Shown in pieces: positions 18,639 to 27,849 of a stretch of DNA of 64,000 nucleotides. The position numbers and the translations under genes are program-made. Source of the stretch: Rickettsiales bacterium (GTDB lineage: Bacteria; Pseudomonadota; Alphaproteobacteria; Rickettsiales; SXRF01). Position 1 is the first letter of the stretch. The number at the start of each line of letters is the position of its first letter. The notes beneath the pieces were generated by a model, which was not told the origin of the DNA, did no database searches, and saw only the letters and a list, made by a program, of their open reading frames with translations. The DNA lies in assembly GCA_964231325.1 (NCBI GenBank), contig CAXRIF010000002.1, positions 287,138 to 351,137 on the forward strand, written 5' to 3'.

Positions 18639-18872
18639 TTATGCCAATATGTTAAGAATGGTTCCACGATCCCAGTACGTGCCGTCTCGCATGGCGGCCA
18701 CAGCGCTGCGGATCATGGTAGAAAGCGACTCCGGCTGCGGAATCACATTGACATGCGCGCGCGCAGGTATTACGGGATTGCTCCGGCTATCGGTTTGCTG
18801 GCGCTTTCTCTCGCCCGGCCTGCCTGTGCCACCACGAGGAACATTAATACGATTAGGATTGATATTTATCAT
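18639..18872 (-). CDS. Possible small protein (77 aa) upstream of gcdH
   Basis: The ORF ends 4 nt before the gcdH start. It has no convincing Shine-Dalgarno and a low-complexity basic N-terminus. It may simply be leader sequence. Confidence 0.25.
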   Translation of the reverse strand: MININPNRINVPRGGTGRPGERKRQQTDSRSNPVIPARAHVNVIPQPESLSTMIRSAVAAMRDGTYWDRGTILNILA

Positions 18873-18909
18873 GCTGATTGCCCGAAAAATAATTTAGGAT
18901 GCCATCATT

Positions 18910-19749
18910 ATGACTTTTGTTGTTGCCACATTCTACCATTTTTTTGACTTCGCGGATTATGCCAGCAAACGCGAGCCTTTGCTCGATTTGTTTGCCAAAC
19001 ATAATATTAAAGGATCGCTGCTGATCGCCGATGAAGGATTTAATGGCACCATCTCAGGCACGCGCGAAGATATAGATGTAGCGCTCGCGTATTTGAAGGA
19101 TGAGATCGCGCATGGTGAATTTGAACACAAAGAAAGCTTCCATAATGTGCAGCCATTCAAACGCTGCAAAGTGCGGCTTAAAAAAGAAACCATTTCTCTG
19201 CGCGAACATTGCCCGCCAGAACTGCGCGGCGAATATGTGGAACCAAAAGACTGGAACGCATTGATCGCTGATCCGGATACGATTGTGTTGGATACACGCA
19301 ACACCTATGAGACATATCTTGGAACCTTCGAGCGCGCTATCGACCCACAGATTCGCAACTTCCGCGACCTGCCGGAATATATCCGCAGCGAGCTTAGCGA
19401 CAAGAAAGATAAGAAGATCGCCACTTTCTGCACAGGCGGCATACGCTGCGAAAAGCTCACCTCCTGGATGAAAGATCAGGGCTTTGAAAAAGTCTATCAC
19501 CTCAAGGGTGGCATCTTGAAATATTTTGAAGATGTACCCACTAAAGACAGCATGTGGAACGGCGAATGCTATGTGTTTGATGAACGCATCGCCGTCGATC
19601 AGGAACTAAACCCTTCAACCGACGCGACTTCTTGCCAGCCATGTGGTCATACCCTCACTGCAAAGGATCGTGCAGACGAACGCTATCAGGAAAATGTCTC
19701 CTGCCCTTACTGCTTCGACATGAATTGGGAAGATCGGTTTAGCCGGTAA
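18910..19749 (+). CDS. trhO: Rhodanese-domain tRNA uridine(34) hydroxylase (UPF0176/YceA family)
   Basis: The N-terminus VATFYHFFDF and the rhodanese active-site loop FCTGGIRCEK match the YceA/TrhO family. Confidence 0.85.
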   Translation: MTFVVATFYHFFDFADYASKREPLLDLFAKHNIKGSLLIADEGFNGTISGTREDIDVALAYLKDEIAHGEFEHKESFHNVQPFKRCKVRLKKETISLREHCPPELRGEYVEPKDWNALIADPDTIVLDTRNTYETYLGTFERAIDPQIRNFRDLPEYIRSELSDKKDKKIATFCTGGIRCEKLTSWMKDQGFEKVYHLKGGILKYFEDVPTKDSMWNGECYVFDERIAVDQELNPSTDATSCQPCGHTLTAKDRADERYQENVSCPYCFDMNWEDRFSR

Positions 19750-19857
19750 GCTAACCCGATTATTTTATCCCCATTCTTCTCCACATTTTTAGCTAAGTCA
19801 TAGCGCTAGCTTGGCGGTTTATCCCCAGCTTTCACAATGACTTATAACGACACATAT

Positions 19858-19904
19858 CCACAGCATCTAGTGGGAAAATGCATGTCAACCACAATATGTA
19901 GTTG
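19858..19904. promoter_or_regulatory. Candidate tandem NrdR boxes upstream of nrdJ
   Basis: The boxes are CCACAGCATCTAGTGG (19858-19873) and CCACAATATGTAGTTG (19889-19904). Both resemble the NrdR consensus acaCwAtATaTwGtgt. Their starts are 31 bp apart, about 3 helical turns. Box 2 overlaps a possible -35 (TTGCAT at 19902-19907, then 16 nt, then TAGATT at 19924-19929). Confidence 0.45.
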
Positions 19905-20111
19905 CATTCGATCTGGTTGGTGTTAGATTCCCAGAACACGCGCGCTAGGCTTTACGGTTTGGCATTTTCTGCACTGTGTAATACACAATCGAGCAGAAAG
20001 TTCACCCCGCAAAACTAGCGTAAAACACATCGCAAAATGTTCCAAAACAGCACAGACTGTAGACTTTTTAGCGATAACAACACTATAATCAGGGACTAGG
20101 AGCACAAACAT

Positions 20112-23100
20112 ATGCGCATCGAAAGACACTTCACCAAAGCCGGCAAAGACGCTTACAGCGCCATAGAATTCAAACATAGCGACGTGGCAATGAAAAACCC
20201 GGATGGCTCGGTGGTGTTTGAACTTAAAGGTGCCGAGGTGCCGGAAGCATGGTCGCAAGTAGCTGTTGATGTGCTCGCACAGAAATATTTCCGCAAAGCA
20301 GGTGTGGCTGCAAAGCTTAAACGCGTTGAAGAAAACACAGTGCCTAGCTGGTTGTGGCGCAGTGTGCCAGATGAGGATGCGCTTGCTAAACTGCCTGAGG
20401 AAGAACGTTTCGGAAGCGAAATTTCTGCCAAACAAGTTTTTGATCGCCTCGCTGGTGGCTGGACATACTGGGGTTGGAAAGGCGGTTACTTCGACACGGA
20501 AGAAGATGCCAAAGCGTTTTACGACGAGATGCGTTTTATGCTCGCCTCACAAATGGCAGCACCTAATTCCCCACAATGGTTTAATACCGGCCTGCATTGG
20601 GCATATGGCATTGACGGCCCATCACAAGGACATTTCTATGTAGACCCTGAAACGGGCAAAGTAACAAAATCCAAAAGCGCGTATGAGCGCCCACAACCAC
20701 ATGCGTGTTTCATTCAATCAGTCAAAGATGATCTGGTGAATGAAGGCGGAATCATGAATTTGTGGGAGCGTGAGGCGCGTCTGTTTAAATATGGTTCCGG
20801 TACCGGTTCAAATTTTTCTGATGTGCGTGGTAGCGGCGAACACCTCTCTGGTGGTGGCCACTCTTCAGGCCTGATGAGCTTTTTGAAAATTGGTGACCGC
20901 GCTGCAGGCGCTATTAAATCTGGTGGCACTACACGCCGCGCTGCCAAGATGGTAGTGGTTGATGTTGACCATCCGGATGTAGAAGAATTCATTAACTGGA
21001 AAGTGGTTGAGGAACAAAAAGTTGCTGCACTGGTAACTGGTTCAAAAATTTGCCGTAAGCATTTAACGGCCATTATGGAAGCGTGTCAGCAAGGTGAATC
21101 TGAAAACCGTTTCAACCCGTCAGACAACCCTACGCTTAAAAAAGCAATGCGTGCAGCACTCAAAGATCATGTGCCGGATAATTATATTCAGCGCGTAGTG
21201 CAGTTTGCCAAACAAGGTTACACTAAAATTGCCTTTGATGAATATGATACAGACTGGGATTCTGAAGCGTATCGCACCGCTTCTGGTCAGAACTCCAACA
21301 ACTCTGTGCGCGTAACCAATGAGTTTCTGGAAGCAGTAGAACAAGATAAACCTTGGCATTTGCTGTCGCGTAAATCCGGTGAAGTGTCCAAAGAGATTCC
21401 TGCACGCGAATTATGGGAACAAGTTTCCTACGCGGCATGGGCATGTGCGGATCCTGGCATTCAGTATGACACCACTATCAATGAATGGCATACCTGCCCG
21501 CAATCTGGCCGTATCCGCGCGTCTAATCCTTGTTCGGAATATATGTTCCTGGATGACACTGCATGCAACCTGGCTTCCATCAATTTGCTAAAATTCAAAC
21601 GCGACAAAGACGTATTTGATGTAAAAGCATTTGAATATGCCACACGTCTATGGACTGTTGTGCTGGAAATTTCTGTAGCCATGGCGCAATTCCCTTCCAA
21701 AGAAATTGCACAACTCTCTTATGACTTCCGCACACTCGGTTTAGGCTATGCCAATATTGGCGGCCTGCTTATGGCAAGCGGACTAGCGTATGACAGTGAT
21801 GAAGGCCGCGCCATTACCGCAGCAATTACTGCCATTATGACCGGAACATCTTACGCCACCTCAGCAGAAATGGCTAAAGAACTTGGTGCATTTGAAGGAT
21901 ACACTAAGAACAAAGAAGACATGATGCGCGTGATGAAAAACCATGCACGTGCTGCTGCTGGCGATGTTGATGGCTATAAGGAGCTGTCTGTTCTGCCAGT
22001 ACCTTTTAACAGCGGACACTGTAAAGATAAAACGTTGGTTAAGGCCGTGAAAAAAGCATGGGACACAGCCCTAATGCTTGGTGAAAAATACGGCTTCCGT
22101 AATGCACAAACCACCTGCATTGCACCAACCGGTACCATTGGCTTGGTGATGGATTGCGATACTACCGGTATTGAGCCAGATTTCGCTATGGTAAAATTCA
22201 AAAAACTAGCTGGCGGTGGTTATTTCAAAATCATCAACCAGCAAGTACCGCAAGCGCTTAAAGTGCTAGGTTATAAAGCAAAGCAAATTGAAGAAATTAC
22301 ACGCTATGCTGTAGGTAGCGGCACATTGAAAGATGCGCCAGGCGTGAATCATGCCACCTTGCGTGCTAAAGGGTTTGACGACGAAGCGCTGGAAAAAATC
22401 GAAAAAGCGCTAGCCTCTGCGTTTGAAATTAAATTCGCGTTCAATCAATGGACATTGGGTGAAACCTTCTGCAAAGAAAAGCTCAAACTCACTGACGCTC
22501 AACTCAATGACGTAACGTTCGATATGCTTTCTGCACTTGGTTTTATCAAGGCAGATATCGAGTTAGCGAATGAATATTGCTGTGGTGCGATGACCATTGA
22601 AGGTGCACCGCATATAAAAGCAGAACACCTTCCTGTGTTTGATTGTGCTAACCCGTGTGGCAAAAAAGGTAAACGTTTCCTTTCTGCTGAAGCACATATT
22701 CGCATGATGGCAGCAGCACAGCCATTCATTTCTGGTGCGATTTCCAAAACCATCAATATGCCAAACTCAGCAAGCGTGGAAGAATGCAAAGAAGCCTATA
22801 TTCTCTCATGGAAGTTGGGGCTGAAAGCTAACGCGCTATATCGCGATGGCTCCAAACTGTCGCAACCACTCAACGCAGCCATCGCAGCGGAGATTGCTGA
22901 TAGTGATGACGAAGAAGAGCGCGTAGAAAAAACCAAAGAGGCACGCCAACCACAGATTGTAGCAGAACGTGTAGTAGAGCGTCTGGTAGAGCGCGTAGTT
23001 CATGAAAGTGAACGTCGCAAGCTTCCAGAACGCCGTAAGGGTTACACGCAAAAAGCTGCTGTAGGCGGGCATAAAGTTTATCTTCGTACAGGCGAATACG

Positions 23101-23804
23101 AAGATGGCAAACTCGGTGAAATTTTCATCGACATGCACAAAGAAGGTGCCGCGTTCCGCTCACTGATGAACAACTTCGCCATCTCCGTTTCCATCGGCCT
23201 GCAATATGGTGTACCGCTGGAAGAGTATGTGGATGCATTCACCTTCACTCGTTTCGAGCCAAGCGGCATGGTGGAAGGCAATGAAGCCATTAAAATGTCT
23301 ACCTCCATTCTGGATTATATTTTCCGCGAACTGGCTATTTCTTATCTTGGTAGAAGTGATCTGGCCCATGCAGAAATTGGGGACCTGAGCTCCGATACTA
23401 TTGGACGCGGCGAAGGTGATTCAACCCGCGGACAGGATGAACCAGAGCTACCTTTCAACAGCCCAACCAGCAATGGTTTTGTGCGCGGACAACTACAGGT
23501 TATCTCTAACAGCAAGTCCGCTGCCAATACTCCCGCCAATCAAGGTGCTCTAGCGATTGCTGCTGATAATGACGAAGTCATAGAGACCACAGCATTGTTG
23601 GAAACAGAGACACAAGGTGAAACCCATGTTGAAGTTGGCGTGACCGTGCAGCAAGACCAAAGCATTAAGCGCGAAAGAATCCGTGAGGCAAAAGCCAAGG
23701 GCTATGAAGGTGACCCGTGCGGCGATTGCGGTATGTTTACGCTAGTGCGCAACGGTACGTGCATGAAATGTGATACATGTGGCTCCACGAGCGGTTGCAG
23801 CTGA
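20112..23804 (+). CDS. nrdJ: Vitamin B12-dependent ribonucleotide reductase, class II (long form)
   Basis: A 1230-aa ORF with RNR core motifs ([22 protein letters not shown]) and a Cys-rich C-terminal tail ([28 protein letters not shown]). Confidence 0.95.
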   Translation: MRIERHFTKAGKDAYSAIEFKHSDVAMKNPDGSVVFELKGAEVPEAWSQVAVDVLAQKYFRKAGVAAKLKRVEENTVPSWLWRSVPDEDALAKLPEEERFGSEISAKQVFDRLAGGWTYWGWKGGYFDTEEDAKAFYDEMRFMLASQMAAPNSPQWFNTGLHWAYGIDGPSQGHFYVDPETGKVTKSKSAYERPQPHACFIQSVKDDLVNEGGIMNLWEREARLFKYGSGTGSNFSDVRGSGEHLSGGGHSSGLMSFLKIGDRAAGAIKSGGTTRRAAKMVVVDVDHPDVEEFINWKVVEEQKVAALVTGSKICRKHLTAIMEACQQGESENRFNPSDNPTLKKAMRAALKDHVPDNYIQRVVQFAKQGYTKIAFDEYDTDWDSEAYRTASGQNSNNSVRVTNEFLEAVEQDKPWHLLSRKSGEVSKEIPARELWEQVSYAAWACADPGIQYDTTINEWHTCPQSGRIRASNPCSEYMFLDDTACNLASINLLKFKRDKDVFDVKAFEYATRLWTVVLEISVAMAQFPSKEIAQLSYDFRTLGLGYANIGGLLMASGLAYDSDEGRAITAAITAIMTGTSYATSAEMAKELGAFEGYTKNKEDMMRVMKNHARAAAGDVDGYKELSVLPVPFNSGHCKDKTLVKAVKKAWDTALMLGEKYGFRNAQTTCIAPTGTIGLVMDCDTTGIEPDFAMVKFKKLAGGGYFKIINQQVPQALKVLGYKAKQIEEITRYAVGSGTLKDAPGVNHATLRAKGFDDEALEKIEKALASAFEIKFAFNQWTLGETFCKEKLKLTDAQLNDVTFDMLSALGFIKADIELANEYCCGAMTIEGAPHIKAEHLPVFDCANPCGKKGKRFLSAEAHIRMMAAAQPFISGAISKTINMPNSASVEECKEAYILSWKLGLKANALYRDGSKLSQPLNAAIAAEIADSDDEEERVEKTKEARQPQIVAERVVERLVERVVHESERRKLPERRKGYTQKAAVGGHKVYLRTGEYEDGKLGEIFIDMHKEGAAFRSLMNNFAISVSIGLQYGVPLEEYVDAFTFTRFEPSGMVEGNEAIKMSTSILDYIFRELAISYLGRSDLAHAEIGDLSSDTIGRGEGDSTRGQDEPELPFNSPTSNGFVRGQLQVISNSKSAANTPANQGALAIAADNDEVIETTALLETETQGETHVEVGVTVQQDQSIKRERIREAKAKGYEGDPCGDCGMFTLVRNGTCMKCDTCGSTSGCS

Positions 23805-23827
23805 TCCTTGTTTTGGTTACTAACTGC

Positions 23828-24991
23828 GTGAGGCATATAGGGATTGCGTCGCTTTTCTTTGCGACGTTTTCCTCCTCCCCCCTCCATGCAGAAACTATTC
23901 GGGTTGCTAGCTACAACATTCAGGATGTACGTACACATGATCTTTTGCAAGATCATCACCCTCGCCTGAAGAGAATTGCCCGCATCATCAAGAAGCTTGA
24001 TGCGGATGTGATACTGCTCAATGAGATTGCTTATGATAGCCCAGGATATCCTTATGTTCCCAAGGATCAGGAACGCCCGGGCCTTAATGCTGATCGGTTC
24101 GTTGCCAAGTACCTTAGCAGTGATCCAAAAGCACCAATGTTTAAAACCATCACTCTTGACTCAAACACAGGCATTCCCTCAGGGCATGATCTGGATAATT
24201 CTGGCGCTGCAATCACAGAACTTCCTGCACTCATCAAAAACTCCAAGCTCAAACATACGCCCGAACAACGAAAATATGGCAATGACAGCCATGGCTATGG
24301 AATATTCCCCGGCCACTTTAGTATGGCGTTATTGGTAAGCCCAGAGCTTACTATTCTTAGAGAGAGCATACGCACATACCGTCTTTTTAAATGGTCTGAT
24401 TTACCGGGCGTTATCGCTCCTACTTATCCTGATGGGACGCCTTGGTATTCTGATAAGGCATGGCAAGAACATAGACTTTCGTCCAAAACACTGGCTGATA
24501 TCCCTGTGCGTCTTCCTTCTGGTGAAGTCATCCATTTCGTCGTGTCTCACCCTACACCCCCCAGCTTCGATGGCTCAGAACGACGCAACCGGATACGCAA
24601 TCGTGACGAGATTCGCTTGCTCAGAGCATTCATGGATAATGAATCGTGGCTTATTGATGATAATGGAAAAAAGGGCGGGCTGCCCCCAGGGGAGCATGCG
24701 ATTATTCTGGGAGATTTGAATGCAGACCCTGACGGTGGGCCATCAATTCGAGGTACCATCACACATTTACTCAATTCCCCCATATTAGCACCAAATACCA
24801 CCCCTAGGTCTAAGACCAATTATAAAGGAATACAGCCGTGGCATACGTCAAAATTTGGCCTGCGGGTTGATTATATATTACCCACCCAATCCCTTGCCAT
24901 CACCAAGTCTGGAGTATGGAGGGCTCGCAAAAAAAAACGCAACCCATCAGACCATTTCCCCGTCTGGGCAGATATTACGATAAAAAAATAA
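23828..24991 (+). CDS. Secreted endonuclease/exonuclease/phosphatase (EEP) family protein
   Basis: The EEP motifs are IRVASYNIQ, ILLNEI, ILGDLNADP and SDHFPVWADI. The GTG at 23828 gives a signal peptide ending LHA-ET. The alternative ATG at 23777 would overlap nrdJ by 28 nt. Confidence 0.8.
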   Translation: MRHIGIASLFFATFSSSPLHAETIRVASYNIQDVRTHDLLQDHHPRLKRIARIIKKLDADVILLNEIAYDSPGYPYVPKDQERPGLNADRFVAKYLSSDPKAPMFKTITLDSNTGIPSGHDLDNSGAAITELPALIKNSKLKHTPEQRKYGNDSHGYGIFPGHFSMALLVSPELTILRESIRTYRLFKWSDLPGVIAPTYPDGTPWYSDKAWQEHRLSSKTLADIPVRLPSGEVIHFVVSHPTPPSFDGSERRNRIRNRDEIRLLRAFMDNESWLIDDNGKKGGLPPGEHAIILGDLNADPDGGPSIRGTITHLLNSPILAPNTTPRSKTNYKGIQPWHTSKFGLRVDYILPTQSLAITKSGVWRARKKKRNPSDHFPVWADITIKK

Positions 24992-25042
24992 GATGTTTTT
25001 TAGTATGACTACGGCTACATTGACAAACATAGGAGCATAGTA

Positions 25043-25303
25043 ATGAAATACATTATAGCATTTGGTTTTTTATTACTTTCTGCATGCGCCACGCCGGAAC
25101 AGATTGCGGCGCGCCAGGAAGCGCAGCGTCAGGCAGATTATGAAACCTGTAAATCCTACGGTTTTCGGGTAAAAAGCGATGCGTTCCGCAACTGCCTGTT
25201 ACAGCTCGATATTGCCCGCCAACAACGTTCCAGCAATTATTATTATGGCGGAAGCTATCGTCATCGCCATGGCACAGGCATTGGTTATTACCTGAATCAT
25301 TAA
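25043..25303 (+). CDS. Small lipoprotein (86 aa)
   Basis: It has a lipobox (LLLSAC). The mature part contains C...YGF...DAFRNCLLQ, as in small proteobacterial lipoproteins. Confidence 0.6.
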   Translation: MKYIIAFGFLLLSACATPEQIAARQEAQRQADYETCKSYGFRVKSDAFRNCLLQLDIARQQRSSNYYYGGSYRHRHGTGIGYYLNH

Positions 25304-25355
25304 CCAATTCTTATCGCCCGTTGCCTATCATGGCGCGCAGCTAAAAGGTAGATAT

Positions 25356-26132
25356 ATGCGGTATCCATCATCCCAAAAAGGCTTCACCCTTATCGAGCTT
25401 TCGATCGTGCTCGTTATCATTGGCCTCATTTCTGGCGGCATCTTGTTCGGTCGTGATTTGATTAAAACAGCTGAACGCCGTGCCTTAATGCGTGATATTG
25501 AAAATTATCGCACTGCCATGCAAACCTTTAAACTTAAATATGGCTATATGCCCGGCGATATTCCGAACGCTACCCAAATCTGGGGGGAAAAACCAGGCGC
25601 AAATTGCGATAACCAAGTCGCAAGCGAAGGCTTGGAAACCTGTAATGGTGATGACAATGGACAGCTTACCTATGTACCCCCTACCTTGGGTAACTCCGAG
25701 GGCTGGTGCATATGGCAACACCTATCCAACGCTGAACTCATTGATGGTAGTTATACTTGTTCGGGCTACAGCAGCCCGACTTTCGGTAGCGGCGAAGGTA
25801 ATAGTGACTATCTGGCACGGTTTTACGCTGGCTATCAACCCGGCACTGACTTTTTCCCAACATATAATATGATAGGAAGAAATCTTTTGGTGGTACGAGG
25901 GCAAGGACTTAACTATCCAGCACTTAGAGCTGCTACCACCTATTATGTAGATTCCAAGGAAGATGACGGGTTTCCATTTATGGGCTCCGTGCAAACTGTT
26001 AATTATCTTGCCTTTCCTCCAGTTCATCATGTGCGGTTCGAAAATTGCACAACCGGCAGCGATACTGAAGCAAGATATAATATTCAAAATCAGGAAATTA
26101 ACTGTACACTCGGCACAAATTCCGGAATGTAA
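25356..26132 (+). CDS. Type IV pilin / pseudopilin-like protein, paralog 2 (258 aa)
   Basis: The prepilin signal is MRYPSSQKG|FTLIELSIVLVIIGLISGG. It shares the post-helix block (DLIK.AE.RA....Y..A..TF..KYG.MPGD) with the 10861..11733 pilin. Confidence 0.8.
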   Translation: MRYPSSQKGFTLIELSIVLVIIGLISGGILFGRDLIKTAERRALMRDIENYRTAMQTFKLKYGYMPGDIPNATQIWGEKPGANCDNQVASEGLETCNGDDNGQLTYVPPTLGNSEGWCIWQHLSNAELIDGSYTCSGYSSPTFGSGEGNSDYLARFYAGYQPGTDFFPTYNMIGRNLLVVRGQGLNYPALRAATTYYVDSKEDDGFPFMGSVQTVNYLAFPPVHHVRFENCTTGSDTEARYNIQNQEINCTLGTNSGM

Positions 26133-26135
26133 GCA

Positions 26136-27110
26136 TTATTTCTTGGCGAGCGGGTGTTTTTCTTTTACCAACTTTTTAAGCCGTGCCCCCGCTACATGGG
26201 TGTAAACCTGTGTGGTAGAAATATCAGAATGCCCGAGCAACTCTTGAATCACCCGCAAATCTGCTCCCCCCTCCAGCAAGTGCGAAGCGAAGGAGTGTCT
26301 GAGTGTGTGTGGCGATATTTTGGCCGAATCAATACCCGCCTTAACCGCAAGCTCTTTTAACATCACGCCAAATTGCTGGCGCGTAATATAACCGTCTGCA
26401 CGGTGATATGGAAACAACCAGGGGTTCGCAATTTTTGATTTTGTTTGCGGTACGAACACTTTGCGCACCTCCAAATACCGAGATAATGCCGTACGCGCCT
26501 GTTCGCCTATTGGCACCAGCCGTTCTTTGTTACCTTTCCCTGTGATGAGCAGGAACTCGGTTTCCACCCGTAAAACATCTTCCTTCATTTGCAATGCAGA
26601 TAATTTTAAAGAGACTAGTTCGGACACTCGCATCCCCGCCCCATACATCAATTCTAGCATAGCAGTCATGCGCAACCCCTTAGGGGATTCATCCTCTCGC
26701 GCAGCAGTAATCAGTGCAATAATATCATCGGCATTTAGTGTTTTGGGTAAACGTTTGGCGAGTTTGGGAGTTTCTAATGTCGCTGCTGGATTATCTTTGC
26801 GTAAATTCTCTGTATATAAAAAAGCAAAGAGTTGGCGAATGGCAGAAAGTTTACGCGCCACAGTTTGAGCGGAAAGGCCAGAATTTTTTAAGCTGCTTAA
26901 AAATTTTTCTATGTCCGAACGGGCGATGCTCGATAGGTTGGTTTTTTTACGCGCGGCGTAACCCATGAACTCGTTAATATCTCGGCGATATGCATCCAGC
27001 GTATTACGCGCCGCGCCGCGCTCTGCGGCCATCATTTCTAAAAATTGATCGGCAAACCCTCTATCTTCACCAGAAGAAACGGCGCTAGTTTTGCGTGAAC
27101 GCGCTGGCAT
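26136..27110 (-). CDS. xerD: Site-specific tyrosine recombinase XerD
   Basis: A 324-aa ORF with tyrosine recombinase motifs (ARTALSRYL, HTLRHSFASHLLEGGADLRVIQELLGHSDISTTQVYTHV). It is divergent from aroK-aroB. Confidence 0.9.
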   Translation of the reverse strand: MPARSRKTSAVSSGEDRGFADQFLEMMAAERGAARNTLDAYRRDINEFMGYAARKKTNLSSIARSDIEKFLSSLKNSGLSAQTVARKLSAIRQLFAFLYTENLRKDNPAATLETPKLAKRLPKTLNADDIIALITAAREDESPKGLRMTAMLELMYGAGMRVSELVSLKLSALQMKEDVLRVETEFLLITGKGNKERLVPIGEQARTALSRYLEVRKVFVPQTKSKIANPWLFPYHRADGYITRQQFGVMLKELAVKAGIDSAKISPHTLRHSFASHLLEGGADLRVIQELLGHSDISTTQVYTHVAGARLKKLVKEKHPLAKK

Positions 27111-27243
27111 CCAGCTCCTTTTCTATCGTCTGCTGCGGCACCGGAATATCGCGGAACATGAGCACCGCAACTACACCTATACTTACACCCAACACAGCCA
27201 TGAATAATACTCCGATACGCGAATATTTGTGCTTTTGTTGCAT
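27085..27243 (-). CDS. Possible 52-aa single-pass membrane peptide overlapping the xerD start
   Basis: This is my own translation, below the ORF-track cutoff: MQQKHKYSRIGVLFMAVLGVSIGVVAVLMFRDIPVPQQTIEKELDASAFTQN. An AGGAAA Shine-Dalgarno lies 9 nt upstream. The ORF ends 26 nt inside xerD in another frame. Confidence 0.35.
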   Translation of the reverse strand: MQQKHKYSRIGVLFMAVLGVSIGVVAVLMFRDIPVPQQTIEKELDASAFTQN

Positions 27244-27300
27244 TATTGAGGGTTTCCTTTACAGTTGGTACAAAATAACTTTGGCAAGAATAGCAGTAAA

Positions 27301-27849
27301 ATGGCAACGCCTCAACCAGCTAAGCTGGTCTTGAATAAACCTCTGGTATTAGTTGGGTTGATGGGTGCAGGAAAATCCACCATCGGCCGACGTCTGGCGC
27401 ATGTACTTTCGCTCGATTTTGTTGACTCTGATCAGGAAATCGTTGAAGCGGCAGGGTGCAGCATTGCCGATATTTTCGAAATCTACGGTGAAGATATTTT
27501 TCGTGATGTAGAGCAGCGTGTGCTCTTGCGTTTACTTAGTGGAAAGCCTTGCGTAATTGCTACGGGAGGTGGTGCTTTTATGAATGAAACCATCCGCGGG
27601 GAAATACTAGATAAAGCGCTGTCGGTATGGCTAAAAGCGGATCTTCCCGTGTTAATCGAGCGCGTGTCGCGTCGTAATACACGCCCACTACTCAAAACAG
27701 GGGATAAAGGCGCTATTTTAGGAAAAATGATGGATGACCGTTACCCCATCTACAGCCAAGCAGACATCACCATTGACAGCAATGCGGGCGCACATGAAAA
27801 AGTGGTGGGTAGTATCGTACATGCGCTGAGTGGAAGAAATGAATCATGA
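27301..27849 (+). CDS. aroK: Shikimate kinase
   Basis: The ATG at 27301 gives the P-loop LVGLMGAGKSTIGRRLA and the block DSDQEIVEAAGCSIADIF. The TTG at 27265 is a less likely start. Confidence 0.9.
   Translation: MATPQPAKLVLNKPLVLVGLMGAGKSTIGRRLAHVLSLDFVDSDQEIVEAAGCSIADIFEIYGEDIFRDVEQRVLLRLLSGKPCVIATGGGAFMNETIRGEILDKALSVWLKADLPVLIERVSRRNTRPLLKTGDKGAILGKMMDDRYPIYSQADITIDSNAGAHEKVVGSIVHALSGRNES

Noticed and set aside
19750-20111. A cobalamin riboswitch upstream of the B12-dependent RNR
   Set aside because: I looked for the B12-box core (GCCACTG-like) and flanking conserved stems and found none. B12 riboswitches normally control B12-independent isozymes anyway. A covariance-model scan (Rfam RF00174) would settle it.
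19923-20435. A 170-aa minus-strand ORF spanning the nrdJ start
   Set aside because: It is antisense to the strongly supported nrdJ and its leader, has a Cys/Phe/His-rich composition, and matches no family.
23777-23827. The ATG at 23777 as the start of the EEP gene
   Set aside because: It would overlap the nrdJ 3' end by 28 nt and add a non-signal-like extension. The GTG at 23828 yields a canonical signal peptide. This remains uncertain without experimental data.
27038-27307. An 89-aa minus-strand ORF across the xerD-aroK spacer
   Set aside because: It overlaps the xerD 5' end in another frame and has a Cys-rich composition. The shorter 52-codon TM ORF in a third frame is the only plausible small gene here.
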